From a bacterium (GTDB lineage Bacteria; J088; JAWLBW01), in the NCBI GenBank assembly GCA_041690355.1, contig JAWLHK010000006.1, positions 236,116 to 256,115 of the forward strand: a stretch of 20,000 bases of DNA. The letters are read 5' to 3'. The notes beneath the pieces were generated by a model. It was not told where the DNA came from. It saw only the letters and a program-made list of their open reading frames with translations, and searched no databases. Made by a program: the position numbers and the translations under genes. How positions within the stretch are numbered: position 1 is the first letter of the stretch; each line of letters begins with the position of its first letter. This document shows positions 7,434 through 18,656 of the stretch, piece after piece.

Positions 7434-8854
7434 AGCCGATCCAGTTCGGTACGAGCGGCTGGCGCGCTCTCTACCATACGGATTTCACCTGGGCGAACAT
7501 CGACCGCGTGCTCCAGGCCATCGCCGAAGAAGCATCCCGCTCGCCCCGCGCGGCCGCCGGGGTCGCCGTCGGCTACGACGTACGCTTCATGGGGCGCAGC
7601 TTTGCCGAGCGCGCCTGCGAGATTCTGGCCGGCAACGGGTTGCGCGCAGTGCTGCCGCCGCGCGACATTCCCACGCCGGTGCTGAGCCACCTGATTGTCT
7701 CCCGCAAGCTGGCGGGGGGCGTCAACTTCACGGCAAGCCACAATCCTGCGGAATACAACGGCATCAAATATTCCCCCGAGAGCGGCGGCCCCGCGCTTCC
7801 CGAAACGACCCGGCGAATCGAGGCGCGTATCGCCGAGCTGGGCGAAGCCGACGTGCGCGGCCTTTCGCTGGCCGACGCGCGCGCCCGCGGCCTCGTCGAA
7901 GACGTCGACCCCCGCCACGATTACTTCGCGGCGCTCGACGCCCTGGTCCAGCACAAAGTGTTCTCGCGGCTGCGGGGCCGGCGCATCGCCGTCGATTGCA
8001 AGTACGCGGTCGCGAGAGGGTACCTCGACGATTATCTGAGCGAGCGCGGCGTGGGGGTGCTGAGCCTGCACGCCACGGCCGACCCGTATTTCGGCGGTGA
8101 GCACCCCGAACCCGCGGCGGGGCACGTCGATGCGCTCCAGGCCTTCGTTCGCGAGCACGGCGACGTCGTGCTCGGGCTCGCCTGTGACGGCGATGCCGAT
8201 CGCTTCGGCATCGTCGACGGCGACGGCACCTTCGTCGAAGCCAACGTCGTGCTCGCCGTGCTGCTCGATTATCTCGTGACCAGCCGCGGGTGGACCGGCG
8301 CCGTGGCCCGCAGCGTGGCGACGACGCACCTGATCGACGCGGTCGCGCGCCATCACGGCCTGCTCGTGCACGAGACCCCCGTCGGCTTCAAGTACATCGG
8401 CGACCTGCTGACCCGCGGCGAAATCGTTTTCGGGGGTGAAGAAAGCGCCGGGCTTACGATTCAGGGGCATCTACCCGAGAAGGACGGCATCCTCGCCTGC
8501 GTCCTGGTGGCCGAAATGGTTTCGGCGACCGGGCGAAGCGTCGGCGACCTCGTGGCCGACCTGTTTCAACGGGTCGGTGCCGTTCATGACCGGCGCGCCG
8601 GCCTCAAGCTGACCCCCGATATGACGGCGGCCTTCGCGTCGCGGATAGATGCCCCCCCGGCCGAGATCGCCGGGCGCAAGGTCTTGAAAATCGACCGCAC
8701 CGACGGCACCAAGCTGCTGCTCGATTCCGGCGAATGGGTGCTGCTGCGCAAGTCGGGTACGGAACCGCTCGTGCGGCTTTATGCGGAATCGACGCAGCCC
8801 GCGCGGCTCGATCCGCTGCTGCAGGCCTGCGCCGCTTGGCTGGGCGCCGCCTGA
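7430..8854 (+). CDS. phosphoglucomutase/phosphomannomutase family (alpha-D-phosphohexomutase)
   Basis: FGTSGWR, catalytic TASHNP, metal loop DGDADR, GGEESAG and RKSGTEP motifs. Confidence 0.93.
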   Translation: MKPIQFGTSGWRALYHTDFTWANIDRVLQAIAEEASRSPRAAAGVAVGYDVRFMGRSFAERACEILAGNGLRAVLPPRDIPTPVLSHLIVSRKLAGGVNFTASHNPAEYNGIKYSPESGGPALPETTRRIEARIAELGEADVRGLSLADARARGLVEDVDPRHDYFAALDALVQHKVFSRLRGRRIAVDCKYAVARGYLDDYLSERGVGVLSLHATADPYFGGEHPEPAAGHVDALQAFVREHGDVVLGLACDGDADRFGIVDGDGTFVEANVVLAVLLDYLVTSRGWTGAVARSVATTHLIDAVARHHGLLVHETPVGFKYIGDLLTRGEIVFGGEESAGLTIQGHLPEKDGILACVLVAEMVSATGRSVGDLVADLFQRVGAVHDRRAGLKLTPDMTAAFASRIDAPPAEIAGRKVLKIDRTDGTKLLLDSGEWVLLRKSGTEPLVRLYAESTQPARLDPLLQACAAWLGAA

Positions 8855-8877
8855 TTTCGCGTTCCGGGAGAAGACCG

Positions 8878-9900
8878 ATGCGACAGATCTGGATTTCGAA
8901 GACCGGCGGCCCCGAGATGCTCGAGCTGCGCGAGGCGCCCGACCCCGCGCCGGGTCCGGGCGAAGTGCGCATCCGGGTCGAGCGCGCCGGGGTCAACTTC
9001 GCCGACATCATGGCACGCCAGGGGCTTTATCCCGATGCGCCCAGGCTCCCCGCCGTGGTGGGATACGAGGTGGCGGGAAACATCGATGCCATCGGCGCCG
9101 GCGTGCGCGAGTTCAAGGCCGGCGACCCCGTGCTGGCCATCACCCGCTTCGGCGGCTACAGCGATACGGTCTGCGTGCCCGAAGCGCAGGCCTTCTGGCG
9201 ACCGGCCGGAATGTCGGCCGATCAGGGGGCCGCATTTCCGGTCGTCTACCTGACGGCCTACCAGATGCTCGTGGCCATGGGGCGCGTGGGCCCGGGTCAG
9301 CGGGTGCTCATCCATCAGGCGGCCGGCGGGGTCGGGCTCGCCGCGCTGGATATCTGCCAGGTATTGCTGGCGACCACGTTCGGCACCGCCTCGGCTTCGA
9401 AGCACGAGTTTCTTCTCGAACGCGGGCTCGATTTCGCCATCGACTACCACGCCCGTGACTTCGTGGCCGAAGTGCACCGGCTCACCGACGGCAAAGGGGT
9501 GCACGCGGCGCTCGACCCGGTCGGCGGCGAATCGTGGCGGCGCAGCTACGAAACCCTGGCGCCGACGGGGCGCCTCGTGATCTTCGGGTTCTCGAGCCTC
9601 GTGCACGGCGGCGAGCGATCGCTGCGCCGGCTCATCGAGCGCGTCATCCGCACGCCGTGGATCAAGTTCAACCCGCTGACGCTCATGAACGAGAACAAGG
9701 GGATTCTCGGCGCCAACCTGGGCCACATGTGGGATCAGGTGCCGACCATGCGCGCGTGGATGAAGGAACTGCTCGACTGGTATCTGGAAGGAAAGCTGCA
9801 CCCGCACGTCGACCGCGTGTTCCCCCTCGACCAGGCGGGCGATGCCCACCGGTACGTGGAAGAACGGCGCAACATCGGCAAGGTGCTTCTGGCCCCCTGA
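8878..9900 (+). CDS. zinc-independent medium-chain reductase, VAT-1/NADPH:quinone reductase-like
   Basis: GVNFADIMARQGLY, VGYEVAG, VLIHQAAGGVG and RRNIGKVLL motifs; no Zn ligands seen. GGGAG RBS before ATG 8878. Confidence 0.88.
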   Translation: MRQIWISKTGGPEMLELREAPDPAPGPGEVRIRVERAGVNFADIMARQGLYPDAPRLPAVVGYEVAGNIDAIGAGVREFKAGDPVLAITRFGGYSDTVCVPEAQAFWRPAGMSADQGAAFPVVYLTAYQMLVAMGRVGPGQRVLIHQAAGGVGLAALDICQVLLATTFGTASASKHEFLLERGLDFAIDYHARDFVAEVHRLTDGKGVHAALDPVGGESWRRSYETLAPTGRLVIFGFSSLVHGGERSLRRLIERVIRTPWIKFNPLTLMNENKGILGANLGHMWDQVPTMRAWMKELLDWYLEGKLHPHVDRVFPLDQAGDAHRYVEERRNIGKVLLAP

Positions 9901-9947
9901 GTCGGGCGGCAGCGCAGGGGTCGCTATCGGCGAAGACCGTGACCCTG

Positions 9948-11012
9948 CTAGGGAACCCGCCAGGAAACCGCCGGGATGGTGACTACCATCGAGGCGATTC
10001 CCTTGAGCTTCGGATTTTTCGCGTCGGCGACCTTGATCTGCACGGTGAGCGTTGCCGCTCCGTAGCAGGTCGAACCGTTGCAGGTGGCTTCGGTCCACTC
10101 GTCGACGCTGATGCTCACCTGGGCGGTCTCGGCGCCGAGCCGGGCCACCCGGTAGCGTTTTTCGCAGATCAGCTCGAAATTGACCAGGTTGAAGAGCAGG
10201 CCGAGGTCGGTGCCGACGCCGGGCGCCACCGGGTCGGTGGTCGTTCCGTTGAAACCCAGATACGAGCCGCGTTCGCCGGTGATCGAGATGTTCAGATCGT
10301 TCGGGTTGTTTGCGCCGTAGGTCATCAGGATATCGATGCCCGGATCGAGCATGGGCACCCGGTGATAGCAGACGACCCGGTCGTCGTCGAGCACTTCGAG
10401 AATCATCGTGTCAGGGGTCGGCTCCAGGCTCGGGAGCGGTTCGATGAGCGCCACGAAAGGGCTCAGGCTGTAGGTGTTGCCGGCCAGGGTCTTCGTGTCG
10501 GAGTCGATGCTCAGGTTCGCCAGATCTTCCCACCCCGTGGTGGCATCCTTATGCCCGATGAACACGCGTTCGAACGCCGCGCCGCTGACCTCTTCGGCGT
10601 AGGGCACGGTCACCCGGGCGGGCAGGGCGAGTCGTCCCGTATCCCACTTGCCCTCGAGCATGCGCACCTCGGCCTCGACCACCGGTCCGATGGGGGTCCC
10701 GTCTGTCAGGTCGACGGCAAAGCTTGCCGCGTGCTGAATGATGAGCATGGCGTCAGCGACGGTGCGCGGCAGCGCCCCGCCCGGGATGGCAACCGCCGCC
10801 CCCTGAATCGGGCTGCCCTCGGTCGTGATGCGCAGTTGAACCGGGTCGCCGCCCCGAAAGCGGATGGCGTCGCCCCCGGCGGCCCGGGCCGCTTTGCGCG
10901 CTTTTTCGAAGGCGGCGCGCTTCATGTCTTCGGCGGCATCTTCGGCCGTGCTGCAGGCGGCGAGAAGAAGCGGGGCGATCAGAAGCGTACGAAGGAAAAG
11001 GGAGTTGCGCAT
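9948..11012 (-). CDS. lipoprotein with N-terminal ZU5-like domain and unknown C-terminal domain
   Basis: Lipobox LLLAAC. AIPGGAL...IGPVVE...LPARVTVPY...GWEDL...TYSLSPF resembles a ZU5 domain. Start moved to ATG 11012. Confidence 0.65.
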   Translation of the reverse strand: MRNSLFLRTLLIAPLLLAACSTAEDAAEDMKRAAFEKARKAARAAGGDAIRFRGGDPVQLRITTEGSPIQGAAVAIPGGALPRTVADAMLIIQHAASFAVDLTDGTPIGPVVEAEVRMLEGKWDTGRLALPARVTVPYAEEVSGAAFERVFIGHKDATTGWEDLANLSIDSDTKTLAGNTYSLSPFVALIEPLPSLEPTPDTMILEVLDDDRVVCYHRVPMLDPGIDILMTYGANNPNDLNISITGERGSYLGFNGTTTDPVAPGVGTDLGLLFNLVNFELICEKRYRVARLGAETAQVSISVDEWTEATCNGSTCYGAATLTVQIKVADAKNPKLKGIASMVVTIPAVSWRVP

Positions 11013-11018
11013 GGGCCT

Positions 11019-11047
11019 CGGGTAGCGAAGGGGTCCGGGAGTCGCAA
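11019..11047 (-). promoter_or_regulatory. candidate sigma70 promoter TTGCGA-N17-TACCCG
   Basis: -35 at 11047-11042 and imperfect -10 at 11024-11019, 6 nt before ATG 11012. Confidence 0.35.
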
Positions 11048-11110
11048 TGATTTTCCCACCCGGGGCGCGACCGGTCAAGTGCGGCGCAAGGCCGAGCCCT
11101 TTGCCGGAAC

Positions 11111-12592
11111 TCAAGCCGCCGTGGCCGCCGTTTCGGGACGCCAGTCAGAAAAATAGCGGGCCGGAGGGACCCAGCCCCCGAAGGCGCGTTCGAGCTCGAG
11201 CCCCGCGGCGATGGTGACGTGATCATTGCCGTCGATGCCGACAACCTGCACCCCCAGCGGAAGCCCGGCGGCGTTGAGCCCGAGCGGCGTCTGCGTCACC
11301 GGAAGCTCCATCACGTTGAGGATGGCCGTGTAGACCCAGTTGAACGGCATGGCCAGGGGGCGCAGGTGGCTCGGCGCAGGGTGGGAGTAGGAGGGGAACA
11401 GCAGGATGCCGTCGCTGCCGATGAGCGACGTCAGTTCCGCGCGCAGGGCCACGCCCATCTCGACGAATTTCTGCATCCGCTTCGGCATCAGCTTGTTGAG
11501 CGGCTCGATGGCGGCCAGGATGAGCGCGGGCAGCGTGTGATCCGATTTGCGCACCGACCACTTGAGCATTTCCTTGAGCACGCCGATCTCTTCGCCGCCG
11601 CCCATCATGCTCGAGAACGACGGACCGCCGGCCGCGCCCAGCATCGCCCCCCAGATGTCGAAGGAGTGCTTGAGCTTGTCGATGCGCACGGTGCGCACCT
11701 CGCAGCCGAGCGAGGCGAAGTGTTCGGCGGCCCGTTTCTGGGCGGCCATGAGGTCGGGATCCACTTTTACCGCGCCGTTCTCTTCGATGTTGATGACCCG
11801 CAGCTTCCGGACATCCACCTCGGCCGGATCGCCAAGGGTGCGGTCCTTGCATGCGGCATCTTCCGGGTCCGATCCGGCAAGGATCCGCAGGAGCGGCATC
11901 AGGTCTTCGGCGCGGCGGGCGAGGGGACCCGTCGTCAGAAACGGCTGGGCCTCTTCTGCGGCGATGGGGAACTGACCGGCATTGGGGATCATGAGGCTCG
12001 ACGGTTTGTGCCCGAAGACTCCGTTGAAGAAGGCGGGCATCCGGATGGAGCCGCCCACATCCGAACCGAGGCCGAACGGCGATGCGCCCGAACCCACGAT
12101 GGCCCCTTCACCGCCCGAGCTGCCGCCGACGATGCGGGTCGGGTCGTAGGGATTGTTCGTGCGCCCGTAGATGCGGTTGTGGGTTTCCATCCACATGCAG
12201 AGCTCGGGCACGTTCGTGATGCCGAGGGGGATGCCGCCGGCCTGGCGGATGCGCCGTACCGTGGGGGCGTCTTTCTGCGCGATCGTATCCTTCCGCGACA
12301 CCAGCCCGCCCGTCTGGCGGAAGCCTTCGAACCCGAAGCACTCCTTGATGGTGCAGGGTACGCCGTGGAATACGGGGAGGTTTTCGGCGCCCTTTTCCTT
12401 CAGCGTCCTGTCGGCCCGATCGGCGTCGGCGAGGGCCTGCTCGAACCGATCCCAGACGATGGCGTTGAGTTCGGGATTGACGGTTTTCGCGTGCTGGACG
12501 TGCGTTTCGACCGCTTCACGGGAGGTGATCTCACCGGTGCGGATCAGTTCGGCCAGGCGCGAGGCGCTGAGGGTCAGGAGCGTCTTGTTCAT
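11111..12592 (-). CDS. amidase signature family protein (FAAH2-like)
   Basis: GVPCTIKE (Lys), GGSSGGEG and GSDVGGSIRMPA give the Ser-cisSer-Lys triad; GLPLGVQVVG C-terminal motif. GAGGG RBS. Confidence 0.93.
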   Translation of the reverse strand: MNKTLLTLSASRLAELIRTGEITSREAVETHVQHAKTVNPELNAIVWDRFEQALADADRADRTLKEKGAENLPVFHGVPCTIKECFGFEGFRQTGGLVSRKDTIAQKDAPTVRRIRQAGGIPLGITNVPELCMWMETHNRIYGRTNNPYDPTRIVGGSSGGEGAIVGSGASPFGLGSDVGGSIRMPAFFNGVFGHKPSSLMIPNAGQFPIAAEEAQPFLTTGPLARRAEDLMPLLRILAGSDPEDAACKDRTLGDPAEVDVRKLRVINIEENGAVKVDPDLMAAQKRAAEHFASLGCEVRTVRIDKLKHSFDIWGAMLGAAGGPSFSSMMGGGEEIGVLKEMLKWSVRKSDHTLPALILAAIEPLNKLMPKRMQKFVEMGVALRAELTSLIGSDGILLFPSYSHPAPSHLRPLAMPFNWVYTAILNVMELPVTQTPLGLNAAGLPLGVQVVGIDGNDHVTIAAGLELERAFGGWVPPARYFSDWRPETAATAA

Positions 12593-12656
12593 AAGCCCTC
12601 AGGGTAGCCGGGAGGCGGGTGCGGGGTCAACTGGTGCGCGGCGGACTTGAGGAGGA

Positions 12657-12690
12657 GGGGGAGAGTGGGGGAGTGGGAGAGTGGGGGAGA
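12657..12690 (+). repeat. purine-rich 8-mer tandem repeat (GGGRGAGT), G-quadruplex-compatible
   Basis: GGGAGAGT-GGGGGAGT-GGGAGAGT-GGGGGAGA at 12659-12690. Confidence 0.8.
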
Positions 12691-12789
12691 AACAAGGGAC
12701 GGAACGAACCAAGGCGCGCGTCACGGGTGAAGCGCCAAGCCCCAAGCACCAACGAAGCAGGCGCCTTCTACAACAGGTCCTTTCCGGCA

Positions 12790-12817
12790 AATCGTCAATC
12801 GTAAATTGTCAATCGGC
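12790..12817. repeat. heptamer tandem repeat (AATCGTC-like x4)
   Basis: AATCGTC-AATCGTA-AATTGTC-AATCGGC, directly abutting the predicted dnaE -35. Confidence 0.75.
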
Positions 12818-12846
12818 TTGCCCGTCCCGCACCGGATTGATACGAT
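12818..12846 (+). promoter_or_regulatory. sigma70-type promoter for dnaE, TTGCCC-N17-TACGAT with extended TG
   Basis: -35 at 12818-12823, TG at 12838-12839, -10 at 12841-12846; RBS AAGGA at 12879-12883. Confidence 0.6.
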
Positions 12847-12891
12847 CCTACCCTTAGTTTCCCTCCCTGTTCCCCCGCAAGGAAGTATCCC

Positions 12892-16401
<3,510 letters not shown>

Positions 16402-16404
16402 CGG

Positions 16405-16439
16405 CAGTCGTCAGTCACCAGTCTACAGTCGTCAGCCCA
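16405..16439. repeat. heptamer tandem repeat (CAGTCNN)
   Basis: CAGTCGT-CAGTCAC-CAGTCTA-CAGTCGT-CAGCCCA starting 3 nt after the dnaE stop; shares CAGTCGTCAGTC with 5315-5326. Confidence 0.8.
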
Positions 16440-16512
16440 GTGACCCGTCAGCCGTGGCGGGGGCCTTGGCGCTGGCAGATGACGTTCGGGCGTCGGCCCG
16501 GAACCCGCGGTT

Positions 16513-16550
16513 ATTGATCATTGACCATTGATCATTGACCATTGATCATT
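16513..16550. repeat. heptamer tandem repeat ATTGAYC x5 (14-bp superperiod)
   Basis: ATTGATC-ATTGACC-ATTGATC-ATTGACC-ATTGATC-ATT. Confidence 0.92.
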
Positions 16551-16571
16551 AAAGGGGCGGCGGCAGTGAAA

Positions 16572-17696
16572 TCACTCGCTCGCAGGTTCGCCGCCCGGCT
16601 GGTCTATCCATTCTGCGCTCGCGTCGGCCAGGGCCTGAACCCACTCGGCCATCGTCTGGCCGTTTTCCTGCACCACCGTATACTCGTCGGTGAAGGCGAT
16701 GGTGTGCTCGGAACCCGGCAGGAAAACCCGCCGGAAGCGCTCCGGGTGCTTTTTGTGGATGGCGTCGGTGGTCTCGCGCAGGAGGTCCAGATAGGCGCCC
16801 CCCAGACCCAGGTAGCCGACCGACAGGGTCAGGTCGTATTCGTACGAGAACAGGCCGATGCGCAGCTTGCGGTCGCGGGCCAATACGTAATCGGCGAGGT
16901 AGATGAGCTGCTCGTCGCATTTCTCGCAGTCTTCGGGCAGAATCGAACGCAGCTTCCATTCGTCCATGATGGCCGCCTGCATCGTTTCTTTTTTCGGATT
17001 GAAGAGCCAGGGGCCCGAATCGTTCCACACGGCCATGTCGGCGTCGGGGAACCGATGGCGGGCGACGAGATACCCCATCATGGTCCCGTATCCGCCCGCG
17101 CTGCTCCCCGCGACGACCACCCGGCTCGCGTCGGGGAACCGGGAGGCCAGCGCGTGAACGGCGGCCGACGTGTTGGCCATCCCGCGGTGCCAGGTCTGAA
17201 TGCCACCGTAGACCGGCTCGCCGTCGCCCGACCAGACGCTCCCGTCGCAGTAAGACGCGAAGGCCACCGTGTACTCGCGAAAGCCCCCCTGATCGGACCG
17301 GGCGGCGAAAAACGGCTTGTCTTCCATCCAGCGGGGGATGGGCTCCGAGGTACGCTTGGCCAGCGGCGTCGAGCCGTGGCAGCTCTCAAAGTCCCAGCAG
17401 GCGCCGCCCCCTTCGAGGTAGAGCAGCAGCTTGTCGGGATCTCCCTTGCGCACCGAGACGACGAAGGGGCTGCCGTCGAGGCAGCGGGCGGGGCCTGCGG
17501 GATCGAAGCGCAGCAGCTCCCAGTCGCGGTCCCATGTGACCGACGCGGGCTCGATCGCGTCGTAACGGTCGAGGCCCAGTTTCTCGAGCACGGGGCCGAT
17601 CTTCGGCGGTTCGGGAAGCGGCTGCGTCTCGACACAGCCGAACAGAAGCAGAGTGGCAGCGGCCAGAGTTCGGGGGAGGGAGCGTTCAGCGTTCAT
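16572..17696 (-). CDS. pectinacetylesterase/Notum-like hydrolase, lipoprotein
   Basis: Lipobox LLFGC; CLDGSP, LYLEGGGACW, YCDGSVWSGD, nucleophile motif GSSAGG, DSG, C-terminal EH. Confidence 0.88.
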   Translation of the reverse strand: MNAERSLPRTLAAATLLLFGCVETQPLPEPPKIGPVLEKLGLDRYDAIEPASVTWDRDWELLRFDPAGPARCLDGSPFVVSVRKGDPDKLLLYLEGGGACWDFESCHGSTPLAKRTSEPIPRWMEDKPFFAARSDQGGFREYTVAFASYCDGSVWSGDGEPVYGGIQTWHRGMANTSAAVHALASRFPDASRVVVAGSSAGGYGTMMGYLVARHRFPDADMAVWNDSGPWLFNPKKETMQAAIMDEWKLRSILPEDCEKCDEQLIYLADYVLARDRKLRIGLFSYEYDLTLSVGYLGLGGAYLDLLRETTDAIHKKHPERFRRVFLPGSEHTIAFTDEYTVVQENGQTMAEWVQALADASAEWIDQPGGEPASE

Positions 17697-17701
17697 GCCT
17701 T

Positions 17702-17730
17702 ATCTTACCGACGGCTGGATCTGTACACAA
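17702..17730 (-). promoter_or_regulatory. sigma70-type promoter TTGTGT-N17-TAAGAT
   Basis: -35 at 17730-17725 and -10 at 17707-17702, 5 nt before ATG 17696. Confidence 0.5.
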
Positions 17731-17765
17731 CTCAACCGTCAGCGTTTCGAACGATATATCTGAGA

Positions 17766-17794
17766 TTGACCAGGGCGCAGCGGCTTGATAGAGT
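17766..17794 (+). promoter_or_regulatory. sigma70-type promoter TTGACC-N17-TAGAGT with extended TG
   Basis: -35 at 17766-17771, TG at 17786-17787, -10 at 17789-17794; RBS GAGGTG at 17810-17815. Confidence 0.65.
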
Positions 17795-17823
17795 CACGTT
17801 TCCTGACACGAGGTGACGTGAGC

Positions 17824-18626
17824 ATGAGATATCCGGCAATCCTGTTGATAATGTTGGTCTTGCAGAATTGCGTGCCGGACACGACCACGATAGTGCCAGA
17901 CCTTTCAGGAGAGGTACCCATTTCTTTTGCTCCCGCTCCAGAGGGACCTGTTCTGTTGACTGCCCATATCAAAGTTCGCACGATGGTTGGACAAGAAGAG
18001 GTGCTTCACGCGAAAGGGATCGGATTTTCCGCAACTTACCCCTCCTACCAAATTCCAGACCAGGGCTCAATTCTAGGTGCGACATACCTCGGCGGAGAAG
18101 CCCTCGTTCTCTACTCGACCGAGGGCGATAGCTGGCACCTGGTTGGGACAAGCAGCTTGTTGTCATGGGATTTGGGCCGCCACACCGCGTTTTCACTCCC
18201 TGAAATGCAAGCTTGGGCAAAAGAGGGGGAGGGAGTCGTCACATTCTCTGAGTATGCAACCCGACGCGACATGCGTGTTCCCATCTTTACTCTGGATTTC
18301 GCCAGGAACGTGGCAGAACGTAGCGAGGCTCTTGTGGCTCATTGCCTGCCCGGTGGCTGTTATACGATTGCTCAGGAGAAAGAGGGCTTCTCACTCAATT
18401 CAGTGACAACTACGACTTCTACCTTAACCGTCACAGGATACATCCCTGGCGGGCTTGTACTTGGTGGCCAGGCATTTTCCTGTGCGAGTGCGAAGGATCC
18501 GAATCGCTTCGTTGCTGTGAGCGGCAACGCATATTTCGATGCCCATGTGACTGACAGGACCCTTGCCGTGTCTCTGGCAGATGAACAACTCCTGGCACAG
18601 TTGACAGGTAACAATCGCATCGAGTG
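17824..18626 (+). pseudogene. exported/lipoprotein-like hypothetical gene interrupted by IS256 (reading frame runs on to 18708 inside the IS)
   Basis: Signal-like N-terminus MRYPAILLIMLVLQNC, good RBS and promoter, lower GC. No stop codon before the IS terminus at 18627. Confidence 0.65.
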
Positions 18627-18656
18627 GAGCTTCCGTCAAATTGTGTGTAAATTCGA

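Noticed and set aside
9914-9948. Hairpin between the converging reductase and lipoprotein genes as an intrinsic terminator
   Set aside because: Imperfect stem (GCAGGGGTCGC / GTGACCCTGC) with no U-tract on either strand; not enough support.
7235-12607. Long alternative ORFs 7235-8470(-), 8779-10098(-), 9534-11156(+) and 11219-12607(+)
   Set aside because: Each lies mostly antisense to a well-supported gene and has shadow-like composition.
16405-16550. Possible CRISPR array
   Set aside because: Units are 7 bp with no unique spacers, and there are no cas genes in the window.
16513-16550. FNR box suggested by TTGAT
   Set aside because: No TTGAT-N4-ATCAA arrangement, and the site lies between converging 3' ends rather than at a promoter.
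16542-17816. 424-aa plus-strand ORF
   Set aside because: Antisense to the motif-rich PAE-like lipoprotein; starts inside a tandem repeat.
17697-17823. tRNA or att site at the GC transition
   Set aside because: No cloverleaf, T-loop motif or integrase visible; the gap is explained by two promoters.
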